Positions 1-11,499 of a DNA stretch of 64,000 bases are shown piece after piece. Position numbers and translations under genes: made by a program. Source of the stretch: an uncultured Nitrososphaeraceae archaeon (GTDB lineage: Archaea; Thermoproteota; Nitrososphaeria; Nitrososphaerales; Nitrososphaeraceae); NCBI GenBank assembly GCA_963779615.1, contig CAVZZA010000003.1, forward strand, positions 1 to 64,000, given 5' to 3'. Under the pieces are notes generated by a model, which was not told where the DNA came from, did no database searches, and was given only the letters and a program-made list of their open reading frames with translations. Each line of letters begins with the position of its first letter. The stretch's first letter is position 1.

Positions 1-574
1 TTTTACGATATATGGATATTTCAATTTCTTGTACATTCATGTGATTTGTGTGTTGAGACTTACATTAAAAGAAAGACTTTTCTCAATTTTGTTCCATTTA
101 TTATGTGTGTCCCGTGACGATAACTTCAATTAAAATATTCCATGGCGTGTTTTGTTTTTAGCGGATTTTATAGTATTTGCTTTTGTTTCGTCTAGTTCTA
201 CCTCTTTTTTTGTAATACTTTTTTGTATCCATCAGCATTCTATGTCAGGATCCAATTGCACTTTTTCTTCTTTAGGTTATTTATGTTCCGTCCCAAATCA
301 ATAAGCGCAGTTCAAATCCTTAACCTTAATGTTGTTTCCGTTTATAAAATCAAGTAATTTTAGGTATGTTGTAAGGTTCTTCCTGTATTCTGTTAACATG
401 CGGGAAGATTCAAATCTACAATATCTTAGGTATCTTGTGTAATTGAGCCTAAACCGCTTTATGATTATTAGTCTATCAATTTCATGTACTTTCTTTGTTC
501 TCGTATCTATAGGTTATCAAAAAACCAATATTCAAAGTCATTCACCGGCCAGGCAGTTAATTTGAAAAAAAGAA

Positions 575-960
575 AAAAAGAGATTATTAATCCATGGAAG
601 GTTAACGACAGTTGGCTTAATCGGTGCAATCACAGTATTCAAATCCTTTCCTCCGTCCATACTATTAGTGTCTGCACATCTCCTGTTCCGCTGGGTCTCA
701 GGTCTTTGAAGATGCGCCTGTCTACTGTTAAACCTGCATTCTTAATGTCCTGCATGTATTTGTCTAAATCTTGTGAGGGGACCATCAATATTCCTACTGT
801 GTCTACACTACCACACCCAGCAGCGTTAGCGGGTGTGGTTACAGGTGATCTAATGTTTTTGACGGTTATGGTTCCCTTCATTAATGCACCCCTCGTCGCC
901 CATCGCCTCATAGATGTAGGTTCCGGGAGCGTTGAACGTGTATGATTTTATTATCGTCAT
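575..960 (-). pseudogene. Mirror copy of the cupredoxin-like fragment, frameshifted
   Basis: MKGTITVKNIRSPVTTPA..VGILMVPSQDLDKY matches 932-1408, with indels. Confidence 0.7.
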
Positions 961-1408
961 TATTGCCCCGGTGCTAAACACAACTGGCAGTCGAGTTGTG
1001 TTTAGCACCGGGGCAATAATAGACAATCAGGCATCAAAATCATACACATTCAACGCTCCCGGAACCTACAGTTATGAGGCAATGGGCGACGAGGGATACA
1101 TAATGAAGGGAACCATAACTGTCAAAAACATTCAATCACCTGTGACCACACCCGCTACTGCTGGTGGTGGTAGTATAGACACAGTAGGAGTATTGATGGT
1201 CCCCACACAAGATTTAGACAAATACATGCAGGACATTAAGAATGCAGGTTTAACGGTCGACAGCGGGCATAGCTTCAAAGACCTGAGAGGAGGCCAGAGC
1301 GGAACAGGAGATGTGCAGACACTAATAGTATGGACCTCAGGAGGAAAGGATTTGAATACTGTGATTGCACCATTAAGCCAACTGTCGTTAACCTTGCCAT
1401 ACAGCTAA
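932..1408 (+). pseudogene. 5'-truncated cupredoxin-like protein with conserved C-terminal domain, paralog of 4858-5391
   Basis: YTFNAPGTYSY...MKGTITV is a cupredoxin C-terminal strand pattern. The VGVLMVPT..LDKY..D..AG..V.S.H.F..LIV..LPYS tail aligns with 4858-5391. The N-terminus is replaced by the mirrored arm. Confidence 0.7.
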
Positions 1409-1459
1409 TTAACCTCTTTTTCTTTTTTTCAAATTTACTGTCAGGCCGGTGAATGACTT

Positions 1460-1828
1460 TGAATATTGGTTTTTTGATAACCTATCATACGAGAACAAAG
1501 AAAGGACATGAAATTGATAGACTAATGAGCATAAAGCGGTTTAGGCTCAATTACGCAAGATACCTAAGATATTGTAGATTTGATCTTCCCGCATGTTAAC
1601 AGAAAACAGGAAGAACCTTACAACATACCTAAATCTACTTGATTTTATAAACGGAAACAACATTAAGGTTAAGGATTTGAACTGCGCTATTGATTTGGCA
1701 CTGAACATAAATAACCTAAAGAGAGAGAAAGTGCAATTAGAATATGACATACAATGCTGATGGATACAAAAAAGTGGTATGAGAAGGAACTAGACATACT
1801 AAAAAGCAAGTATTACAAAATCCGATAA
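1460..1828 (+). pseudogene. Degraded coiled-coil hypothetical protein fragment
   Basis: Protein-like frames (DFINGNNIKVKDLNCAIDLALNINNLKREKVQLEYDI; MDTKKWYEKELDILKSKYYKIR*) broken by frameshifts; mirrored in the left arm. Confidence 0.4.
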
Positions 1829-2387
1829 AAACAAAACACGCCATGGAATATTTTAATTCAAACCAAGTTATCGTCACGGGACACACGTAATAAATGGAAC
1901 AAAATTGAGAAAAGTCTTTCTTTTATTATACAATCTCAACACACAAATCACATGAATGTAAAAATTGAAATATCCATATATCGTAAAAATAACATTTGTA
2001 TTTACCTTTACCCGCGCCAAAACTAAATTTGATTGAAGTAGGAGAGACAAGTTAAAAAGACAAGAAAGGCAGTAAATCCGCCCTTATAGGTAAACAAAAA
2101 AAATTGCAGTTGAAAATGGAACATTACTCTTAACAAAAATCATGGTAAAAACAAGATGAATTTCTTAAAATTATGCATCTTTTTAGACGTTTTCATAGAT
2201 ATAAGAAAAAATTTAACAAAAAATTTGAGCAAAATCATCATTCAAAAATTGTAGGTAATTAAAATAATAAAATGTTTTGATTAAGAATAGTGTAAAATAT
2301 TTTCAAGATTTAAAATTATTAAACTTATAAGTATGGAATTTTATGTTTACAACCTTAACTATGAAATAGTAGTATATTTTAAAATCA

Positions 2388-2927
2388 TTGGTAATGTTAT
2401 TTTCAAAAAAAAATCATAGCAATAAACAATGGAAATTAGAATATATTGATACAGTCTACAAAATCTACGATCGGGATAAGAATTTGGCTGGATATTTTTT
2501 TCCCAATTATGATATAATAAACGAGAAAGAAGACGCAGTAAAAAACTCTAAGGAGAATTATGATTTTGAAGAAGAGACAAACATCATAGACGAAATGAAT
2601 AAGGAAAATCAAAAGGTGATTGGTGGTAACCTGATGGTTCCAATGATAAAACTCCATCTTCTTGACAATCAAGAGGGAATCAATATCGATTATGCTATTA
2701 ATGCATTGGAAGAAAATGTCCAGAGAACAAAGAGATGGAGAGAATGGATAAAACAAAATCACGAGGAGTTTAGGGTAATTGGTAGTGCAATATATACTGC
2801 AAGGGAAGATAGGAATATGCTGTCCATAGTACTAGGCTTAGACACGTATATGGTACTGGGAGAAAAAGAACTTCTGTCAGACTTGAAACCGGTATTAGAC
2901 AAGTTGCAAGAAGATGGAATGCTTTAA
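2388..2927 (+). CDS. Hypothetical protein
   Basis: 179-aa ORF with globular-protein composition. Confidence 0.8.
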   Translation: MVMLFSKKNHSNKQWKLEYIDTVYKIYDRDKNLAGYFFPNYDIINEKEDAVKNSKENYDFEEETNIIDEMNKENQKVIGGNLMVPMIKLHLLDNQEGINIDYAINALEENVQRTKRWREWIKQNHEEFRVIGSAIYTAREDRNMLSIVLGLDTYMVLGEKELLSDLKPVLDKLQEDGML

Positions 2928-3298
2928 TTTTACTTTCCGTTGGATTATTGAAGATGTGTCATAGTTTGATATTATAATCACTTTTTGCTGATCAAACAAA
3001 AAGGTTTTATATGAAAATCTTTCTTTTTAAATTTATTTGATAAATATAGTTTTTACATTTTTTATTAATGTTAACTTTAATTCGGGGTTTTATGCACATT
3101 ACTGACTATTAATTCTGATGCCCCCTTATACCAAAATCTTATATTCATCGATACTACTAAATTAAAAAGTTGTTTGTTACCAACTAATGCGGCAATATTA
3201 GATGGTTGGATAATTGTATTATTTCTTTGAATCCAAATATGATAGCTATATAAATGTTAATATAACCAAATCAATACTAATAGTATAGATGAATACTC

Positions 3299-3559
3299 AT
3301 GGATAGCGATATTACTATTAATGAACAAGAAAAATCATTCAGCAAATTTTATGCTACAGAATTACGTAAGAAAAAACAACAGATTAATGATAATGACAGA
3401 GGATTTAACGAGCTAGAGGACGAAAGAAGACAGGTTTTTCAACAGGCAATAAGGACACCGGGTCGCAGAGGAGAAGTAATAAAAAAAGACGAGATTGAAA
3501 AAGAATTCACCAGACGCTTTAAAGAAGTAGATCCAAATTACCGCGCTCTAACCAATTAA
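3299..3559 (+). CDS. Small charged hypothetical protein
   Basis: 86-aa ATG ORF, helical and charged. Confidence 0.75.
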   Translation: MDSDITINEQEKSFSKFYATELRKKKQQINDNDRGFNELEDERRQVFQQAIRTPGRRGEVIKKDEIEKEFTRRFKEVDPNYRALTN

Positions 3560-3754
3560 TTTTACTTGGTTCATTTATTTGATTAATTAGATTATTTTCG
3601 AAATAATAAAGCACATCCTAAAACAATTATCAGTCATAATTGCTTTCATTGATTTACAAATCTTAAAGATATTGAGTTTCTATATAGGCACTATAGCCTA
3701 AAGATTGAAAACAAAATTATGCTGCAGTATCTATCATTAAAAGAAAAACAAATG

Positions 3755-4465
3755 TTATATTTTATTTACAATTTTTATTTTTAAAAACCTTTCGTACAAT
3801 GTTGTATTAGCGGCAAAAAGTAACGCAATCCCACTACCTAACAGGCTACCTCCTATTACATCAGAAGGGTAATGCACGCCTAAATATATTCTTGAGAAAC
3901 ACACCAAACCTGCTTCAATAATAAGAAAGGAAGATAATAATTTGCGGCTCCAAGTATTTCTGAAAAACAATGCAGCAACTATTGCCCCTGCTGATACTAT
4001 GCTTGCGTGACCTGACGGATAGGAGCTATCTGTTTGAAGATCGGTATTCAAACTATCGTAAAATTTAGGTGGCCTGTCCCTGTCCACCAAGTCTTTAGTG
4101 ATTATATTTGCAGGTATGATAACAAGAAATGAAAATATTATGATAATGGCAGTCAACTTTCCATCATGCCCCCCAAAGAAAAACATTGCCACTACCATAA
4201 CTATCCAAAAATATTCTCTACCATATTCGGACAAAAATTTCATAAATTGGTTTAATAGGGTAGCATGAAACTTGTTAAAAAATTGCAATGCGGACTTTTC
4301 GGCATTTGTTAAAACATCGCCAATGCCACCACTACCACCTGTAAATTTACTTGCCTGTTTTTCAACAGAATAGATACTGATTGACAGAATAACAAAAATT
4401 CCTAAAACGAGAAAAGATGAAAATAAATAGTTATTGAATTTCAAGCAAATTTTAATACAATACAA
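3755..4465 (-). CDS. PAP2-family membrane phosphatase
   Basis: KDLVDRDRP, YPSGHA and SRIYLGVHYPSDV motifs plus TM helices. Confidence 0.93.
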   Translation of the reverse strand: MYCIKICLKFNNYLFSSFLVLGIFVILSISIYSVEKQASKFTGGSGGIGDVLTNAEKSALQFFNKFHATLLNQFMKFLSEYGREYFWIVMVVAMFFFGGHDGKLTAIIIIFSFLVIIPANIITKDLVDRDRPPKFYDSLNTDLQTDSSYPSGHASIVSAGAIVAALFFRNTWSRKLLSSFLIIEAGLVCFSRIYLGVHYPSDVIGGSLLGSGIALLFAANTTLYERFLKIKIVNKI

Positions 4466-4857
4466 CCCTTAAAATTTTATCTATTTTCAATGCATCTGTT
4501 TACCCAATTAATTACCAAAATATAACTAATTAATTTTCTCCCTGTCACCAAAGTGGCATGAAAAATTTGTGTTTCAATATCTAATTTACAAACCTAAGGA
4601 GAAGGACATGGTGAAAATATTTTTGTAAGTTTGATAGTATAACTCCACAAATACCCTAATAGGAATGTGGAAACAACCAAATACTAATTATATTTTTAAA
4701 TAAAGAACAGGCATATTTTTTGTCCTATTTGAACAACTATACAAAATCGACAACGTCCTCAAACATCGGAATAAAAAGTTTTCTTTTGATTATATTGGGC
4801 ATATCAGTAAAGTTTTAGCTTAAAAAAATAAAGAAATAGTCTTTTCTATGTGTCCTT

Positions 4858-6395
4858 TTATTTGTAAGGTAGCGATTTGATTATCGGGAAAAGCTTGGGT
4901 ATTGCTTGGTCGATTGGTGTAGTAGTTGAATAAACAATCAAAGTATTAGGTCCACTAATATCATCTTGGTCCGATTCAGTCACGAAATTATGGGTAGACA
5001 AAACATTAAAGCCTGCCTTTGCAAAATCTGACTTGTATTTTTCAAGCGACGGAGTAGGAACAAAGAGACTGCCAACTACCAAATTACCTGCCGAATTAAC
5101 ATTATTGGATACTGTTATTTTACCTTTCATATCTGGATATTCTTCGTCAGTCACATCATAATTTCCTGCAGGTAATACCTTAACGTCAGAGCCACCAGGA
5201 TGCTTTACAGCAGTTGTTTGCCATGCGACTGTGCCACTATTTGAATCGGCCACTGTTGCTTCATGGACATGTCCAGGATCACCATGAACAAAAGCTATTG
5301 ACGTGCCAGTTGGAACTACGAGATTTGTTGGCAAATAGGATGGGTTCTTTAAGCTAATTGTCACTTTCGGAAATTGGATGATGACCTTCATCAGGGATTG
5401 AAATTATGACTCCTTTTACAGTGGATGGTAATGCCATTGTTCCTGTGTCATATACTGATTGTGCAGATGGAATATTTTCATTGCCTGTTGCTGGGGTGTT
5501 GCAGGAGGTGTAGCAGGAGGTGTAGCAGGAGGTGTAGCAGGAGGTGTAGCAGGAGGTGTAGCAGGAGGTGTAGCAGGAGGTGTAGCTAGCGAGGGCATGG
5601 ACATTCAGTTGCAGGCGGTGTTGTAGGAGGTATTATTATGGGTGATATTACCGGTGGCGTTGTGGGTTGTGTTGTGGGTGATATTACCGGTGGCGTTGTG
5701 GGTTGTGTTGTGGGTGATATTATTATGGGTGATATTACCGGTGGCGTTGTGGGTTGTGTTGTGGGTTGTGTTGTAGGCGGGCATGGACATGTTGATTGGG
5801 ACAAAATTTGAGCTTCAGTTATACCGGCCCATAGGTTTTCGGTGTTTCCGTTAACAGTAATTCTTACATGTTTAGCTTGAAGTGGAGAATCTGGAATAAG
5901 ATAACGTTCTAGTGAATTTGTCGTTCCGTTGCTTTTAGAAAAAAATACGTCATCAAATTTAATTCCATCTTGGGAAGTAGAGACAATAAAATCGTATGCC
6001 CTAACATCACCCCTATACCAGGAAATGTCTATGCCACAAACGGCATCACTAGATTTAAGTTCGTATTGAATATAAGATCCAACACCATAGTTTGCCCACC
6101 TCGTGTTGAAGTTGTTATCAATGGTTTTATCCGGTGTTGTGTTGTAGCCTTCTAAATCTTCCAAATCATATCCACTTGCACCAACCTTGTCTATTTGTGC
6201 TGGGGTGCATCCAGAGGGTAGAGCGGAGCTTGCAGTAGATGATGACGGGGTTCCGGCAGAAAAGACAGGAATTCCATCAAAAGGCTCAGCTGCATGGATA
6301 GTCGCCACAAAGCCGGGTATTCCAGGCATGGGGGCAAAAAAGAGGAATGCGATAACAAGTGATACAAAAAACAAATAACGGTCATATTTTTTCAT
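4858..6395 (-). CDS. Secreted F5/8 type C (discoidin) + Pro/Thr linker + cupredoxin-like protein, split by about three frameshifts
   Basis: Signal peptide; TIDNNFNTRWA...AKHVRITVNGNTENLWAGITE discoidin domain. Frames join at ~5590, ~5495 and ~5365 through ENIPSAQSVYDTGTMALPSTVKGVIISIPDEGHH into ORF 4858..5391. Confidence 0.75.
5501..5586. repeat. 12-bp tandem repeat GCAGGAGGTGTA (~7 copies, encodes TPPA)
   Basis: Directly visible. Confidence 0.95.
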
Positions 6396-7845
6396 TGATA
6401 TAGTCCCCCCTTTGAAATTTTACGCTTTTTAAAGTTAAACTAATTTTTACAGGTAATAGTGCACTATTTATACTCATTTTAAAAATATAAGGCAATTTGG
6501 TATATATGGGACGCTTGCGTATATTACAAAAAAAGGATCGCATAACCTGTTCCCTAAATTTTAGGTTTAACAATTCCGGTTATTATAAATCTACTTAACT
6601 ATTACTATGATTTTCAACATAAAAAAATTATTGCAAATCTCATGACGCATAATCCATTATCATTGAATGACGATATTCTATCATCTAACTTTGGCTCATT
6701 TGCTGGCTGATTGTTTTTGTGTTTCACTACCATACTGCTGGGCAAGCACTTTTGCAATATTCTGAAAACTACAAAATTATTCTTGCAATTTTGTAAATAA
6801 AAAGGTTTTTGGCATTTGCTTTAAAAAATTCCTGAAATCATGCAGAAGGTATTGTCATTTATTGTTCATCATTACAAATCAGGATTAAACATGAATATAA
6901 AATGTAATGGGAACTATAGTTTTGTAAAACATATAGATGTCACCTGTTTATGTGGGTATGACAAATGATGCGTTCTTTAAATTGAGATTTAGATAATTCG
7001 AGTAATTTTTAATTATCTCTCACGGTATAGGATATTTAGAACATGAAAGTAACCACTAAGGAAAATAGTAAAAGAAGTGGATGAATAGCCATTATGGAGA
7101 GAATATCAGTACAGTAACAGACAAGGAATTAAATGATGATAACCACAGATTCTGTAATATAGTATCAATACAAATAGGTTGTGCTATTGTATATCATGGA
7201 AAAGAAAAACAGAGTGTCATTCGCCGCAATAATCGACGCACTATGAAATTATGATGGATTGATGTCAGGACAATAGTAGTAAATAAAAATTCAGATAAAA
7301 AGAGATATTAAAAAATAGTACCATTGAATTTGATTAATTTTGCTTTTTACTGTTTATCACAATTAAGTATGTTAAGTTTATCCAATCAACTATGGCTATT
7401 ACCTTTTAAACCATCAAATATCTTCTTTACTTTGGCTTGTTGGAGAAACAGAAAGGCAACAACATCAGACCTCCAATCTAAATTATTTCAATAAAAAGGA
7501 GCTGCAAAAAATTCCCTCTTGTGTACAGCTATTTCTTCTTATATATAATCAACAATAGATCAGAACATAAACCAATAAATGTAATTAAAACAAAAAATTC
7601 ATTAAAAGAGTCTGTTTTATATGTTAATTATTGAAATAAAGAAGTTTTATCATATTTTTTGTTTTATAAAATCACATTCAAATAAAATTTGCATACCTCT
7701 TTCTTGCAATTCTATGCCGTGTCAATTATCTATTACATTACTACCATAATAACAACAAGCAAGTAGACATCAGTGTTAGCCATTAGTTTTGGGTTATCCT
7801 TACGGAACAAATAAGTATTAATAAGATTAATGCGTCAGTACAAAT

Positions 7846-8007
7846 ATGCAAGGAATTCAAAAAGTAAAATGTACCACCTGTGGTACAATGTTTATGTCTG
7901 AAACTAGTACTACCCAATGTCCAACATGTCAAGAAGAAAGTCACAACCATAAAGATAGCGAAAGTAGTAATGTAGGTGGTGGCTGCGGCTGTGGTCATAG
8001 CCACTAA
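7846..8007 (+). CDS. 53-aa Zn-ribbon microprotein with GCGCGHSH tail
   Basis: MQGIQKVKCTTCGTMFMSETSTTQCPTCQEESHNHKDSESSNVGGGCGCGHSH*; two CxxC motifs; below the ORF-track cut-off. Confidence 0.85.
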   Translation: MQGIQKVKCTTCGTMFMSETSTTQCPTCQEESHNHKDSESSNVGGGCGCGHSH

Positions 8008-8119
8008 TTTTTTATAAATTTTCCAAATATTATTATTAAAATAAAAAATTTGCACTGTTCCTTGGAATATGAGATGAAAACTAATTTTTTATAAGATTTT
8101 TGTTATGTATGGCTTTTTT

Positions 8120-8779
8120 TTATTTTTTAATCATAGATTTTGCAACATTAAAGACATCAATCCACATATCCCATGTCAATGTTCCTGTATTTGTGTTTCT
8201 TCTGCTTGGATGATAGGAAGATATTAGTGTTTTGCCGGCATCTAAAGGATAAACTATCTTATGGCCAAACGCCAATTTCTTTAGTCCAGATATTGCGCAA
8301 TATTTATCAAAAGCAAGTTTTCCAAGCGTAATAATAACTTTTGTGGTATTTTCTAATAGTTTTACTTCCGTTCTTAGATATTGGGAACAATTCATTATCT
8401 CAGACGCGTTTGGGATATTTTGTGGTGGAGCGCATTTTACCACTGCGGTAACATATGCGTTTCTTAAAAAATAGCCATCATTTTTTGAAATACTAGCCGG
8501 CTTGCTTGCAAATCCTGTTTCAAATAACGCTTTTGCCAACCAATCGCCTGAGCTATCTCCTGTAAATAGTCTACCTGTTCTATTGCCACCATGAGCAGCA
8601 GGTGCCAATCCAATAATTAAAAGAGTAGCTTTCGAATCGCCATAGCCTGGAATAGGTTTTGCCCAATAGTTTTCATTATTAAACCTACTTACTTTGGTTT
8701 GACCTACGCTTTCGATATACTCTGTTAACCTGGGACACAATTTACAGCCAATAATTTTTTCATCCAATTCACAAAGCAA
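8120..8779 (-). CDS. Uracil-DNA glycosylase, family 5 (UdgB-like, 4Fe-4S)
   Basis: CKLCPRL, GLAPAAHGGNRTGRLFTGD, KCAPP and YHPS motifs. Confidence 0.93.
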   Translation of the reverse strand: MLCELDEKIIGCKLCPRLTEYIESVGQTKVSRFNNENYWAKPIPGYGDSKATLLIIGLAPAAHGGNRTGRLFTGDSSGDWLAKALFETGFASKPASISKNDGYFLRNAYVTAVVKCAPPQNIPNASEIMNCSQYLRTEVKLLENTTKVIITLGKLAFDKYCAISGLKKLAFGHKIVYPLDAGKTLISSYHPSRRNTNTGTLTWDMWIDVFNVAKSMIKK

Positions 8780-8918
8780 AACCAGTCACAACCTTCGCCT
8801 TCAGGCAATCAATCATCAACATATTTTACTATAAAAAAAGATGTGCTAAAAAGCTTTCATAATTTAGGTGCGTTGCTAATATTCTTAACGATACTACATC
8901 ATTCATGAATCATATGAA

Positions 8919-9957
8919 TGAGCTCTTGCATAATTAAAAACAGTATGCTCTATCAGCACGACAATGACTTATGATGCCCATCTAAAAAGATTACAATGTT
9001 CTGTAGTTTTCGTGTCCGGATTCTATATCTGATACCTTTTCATGCGTTCTCAACCTTTTCTGAAAACTTTCTCGATAATTATCCCCTATTTTTTCATTCT
9101 GCAAATGGTGTGCTCCATAACTTTCCTTTTTCTAGATTGATTCTGGTTGTACTCTTTTCCCTCATGAGACAGATCTTTTTGTCTTGTCTTCTTTCTGTTG
9201 GGTATGGACAACTTTTGGTCAGGAGAGTCTCTCCCACCTCCAAGATACCCAATGTCAGACACGCTGACAACCTGCTTTGGAGCTGCAGGAGGACTCTTTT
9301 TATAGATGCCATAGTCATGCCTTTTTCCTTTCTTGTGGCCTGTTTTGTGAATGATGAGGCCATGGTTGGTGACCATAAGCTGTCTTTACGGTATGTTTTT
9401 TCTTCTTGCATGAATAGTACATTCCCCTTCTTTTTTCAGGCAGTGGCATTCGCTGTTCTGTGCAATCGGTGAAAGGCAGAAAGCCTGGGAAATGCCTTTC
9501 AACTTCTTATGGTGTGGACAGCCTTCTAGTTGTTTTGTGCATCATTTGCGGAATTGGCACGCACTTTCTAACCAGCGGTCCAATTTTTTGGATATCCCTC
9601 CAAATGTTGCTCTGGTCCAAGTCAAACAAAAAGCCAGTGAAAGTGTGGGTTATGCAAAGGCGGTAATATGCAAACAGCATCATAAACCTGTTCTTAACAT
9701 CCAGATTGTAAAGTCGTCCAGCGCCAATGGATCGTTCTCTATCTTTTCTTTTGGATAAACGGTTGGTCTCATGCCTGTCGTGTCTTTTTGCCATCCCCTT
9801 ATCATAAATGTTATCAAACTCCTTTACTGTCAGGCAGGTGAATAACTTGAAAAGCAATGGTTTTCTGGATAACACCTCATTAAAGAGGGAAGAAAGGACA
9901 GGCTAATAAGAAACTGAGGGCCATAAAGCTGTTTAGGGGCAATTATGCAAGAGGTAT
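8919..9957 (-). mobile_element. Degenerate IS5-family (ISL2-like, HTH_Tnp_4/DDE_Tnp_4) element
   Basis: TIRs CTCTTGCATAATT (8923-8935) and AATTATGCAAGAG (9941-9953). Frameshifted transposase pieces: FKLFTCLTVKEF, GAGR, FLFDLDQSNIWR, GKRHDY, DIGYLG, RKVMEHTICRMKK. Confidence 0.9.
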
Positions 9958-10439
9958 AATGTATGTTAAAAGCCGATTCCATTTTTAACTATCCAGAGGC
10001 AAATTATTGCTATAGAATAATGTGATGATGACATTCTTTAGCCTAACCCTAATATGGCTATTTAAACTCATCATGTTGGGGTTTCTATATGAAATGCAAA
10101 CAATATGTCTATCCATCTAGAAAACTAAATTAGATAATTTGTTTGATTCCAAATGGATAAAAATCACAAAAATGCTAATCAGAGTTTACTCAACTTTGGG
10201 CAGTCGTATTCAGTCACCACATAATAAAGGATTCTTTTCTTCAAAAAAAGTATATTAAAAGAGTGAAATGAAACATGTGTTTGTCAAAGAAATTTTTTAC
10301 CCACATGTAAGAAAAATGGAGAACGTCTAAACTTTACATAAGAAAAGATACCTTGTTCAACACAATCTTGTTGATTTTAGCAAACAGTCACCATTTATTT
10401 GCAGATCCATCTTCAAAGAGCATGACTGTTTACACTATG

Positions 10440-10841
10440 CTATTCCAGCTCTTCTTTGACTTTAAGTACAAAATCATCAATGGGTATTGGTTTTCTTATA
10501 ATGAGGGGTTCTTCACCTTTCAACGAGGGCACTGCAATTTTCAAATCATCTTTCTTGATGTCAAATGCAGTCATAAAAGTAATCTTCACCTTATCATCTA
10601 TTTTTCTAATTTCCCCACACAATTCAAAACCATTCATTTTTGGCATCTTAATGTCAAGTAGAGCCAAATCATATATCCCCTGTTTAAACGAGGATAATGC
10701 CAATAAAGGATCGTTAAAGGCATCAACTACGAAACCATTATCCTCCAACACAATATTAAAAGACAAAGTAATATCTGGTTCATCATCTACCAACAAGATT
10801 CTACGTTGAATTGACTTTGTAATATTACTATTGTTCTGCAA
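10440..10841 (-). CDS. Single-domain response regulator (REC)
   Basis: ILLVDDE, LLDIKMPKMNG, FMTAF, RKP. Confidence 0.95.
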   Translation of the reverse strand: MQNNSNITKSIQRRILLVDDEPDITLSFNIVLEDNGFVVDAFNDPLLALSSFKQGIYDLALLDIKMPKMNGFELCGEIRKIDDKVKITFMTAFDIKKDDLKIAVPSLKGEEPLIIRKPIPIDDFVLKVKEELE

Positions 10842-11099
10842 CTATCTAAACTACCATCTTGGAAAGTAATAAACAAATTGACAATACTTGTAATTTGTAA
10901 GAGGACATTTTATATGTTTCTCATAGTTGTAGGAATAGTTTCGGAGTCTTTTATCTCTTTTTTTGGAAAAAAGCACAACCATAAAAGTCCACACACTCAT
11001 AATGACAATGAATATTCTGAATCGGATTGATTGTTGTGGAGATTATTGTTACTGCAAATCAATCATACTTCTTGTTTGATGGACCTCACCAGATCTTCA

Positions 11100-11440
11100 A
11101 TTTTAATGAGTTTTCTAAAAAGGCATCATATACCTAATATGGGGAATACCTCTTTTGCGATTTTTTCCTAATAATACATCTATGAAGATGCTATAAGGCA
11201 GACATTGACTTTTTTATCAACCTACTTCATCCGTTGGTAAAACTCAATTCCGTTTAATTGCGGCATTTTTATATCGAGCAGCAATAAATCATAAAAATCA
11301 CGTTTAAAACTCGAAAAAGCTACTGTGGGGTCGTCAAAGGCATAAACTACAAAACCGTTATCCTATAACCCAATCTTGAAAGCTAAAGCGATATCTGGTT
11401 CATCATCTGCTAAGCATTATCCTCTTTTTTTTGGTATTTG
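11100..11440 (-). pseudogene. Response regulator pseudogene
   Basis: LADDEPDIALAFKIGL*DNGFVV...LLDIKMPQLNGIEF with an in-frame stop and frameshifts. Confidence 0.8.
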
Positions 11441-11499
11441 TTTTCTTTTTACCGTTTTACTCAGGTATTATAAGCGACGAAAACAACTGGCTAATCCCG

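Larger units (their letters stand above)
1..1988. repeat. Large imperfect inverted repeat (arms ~1-985 and 994-1988, 8-nt loop GGCAGTCG at 986-993)
   Basis: 1-27 TTTTACGATATATGGATATTTCAATTT is the reverse complement of 1962-1988. The core 961-985 pairs perfectly with 994-1018. ORF 639..911(-) mirrors ORF 932..1408(+). The arms differ by many substitutions and indels. Confidence 0.97.

Noticed and set aside
484-945. 153-aa plus-strand ORF
   Set aside because: Antisense shadow of the mirrored cupredoxin fragment.
7783-8055. 90-aa minus-strand ORF
   Set aside because: Antisense to the better-supported Zn-ribbon microprotein at 7846-8007.
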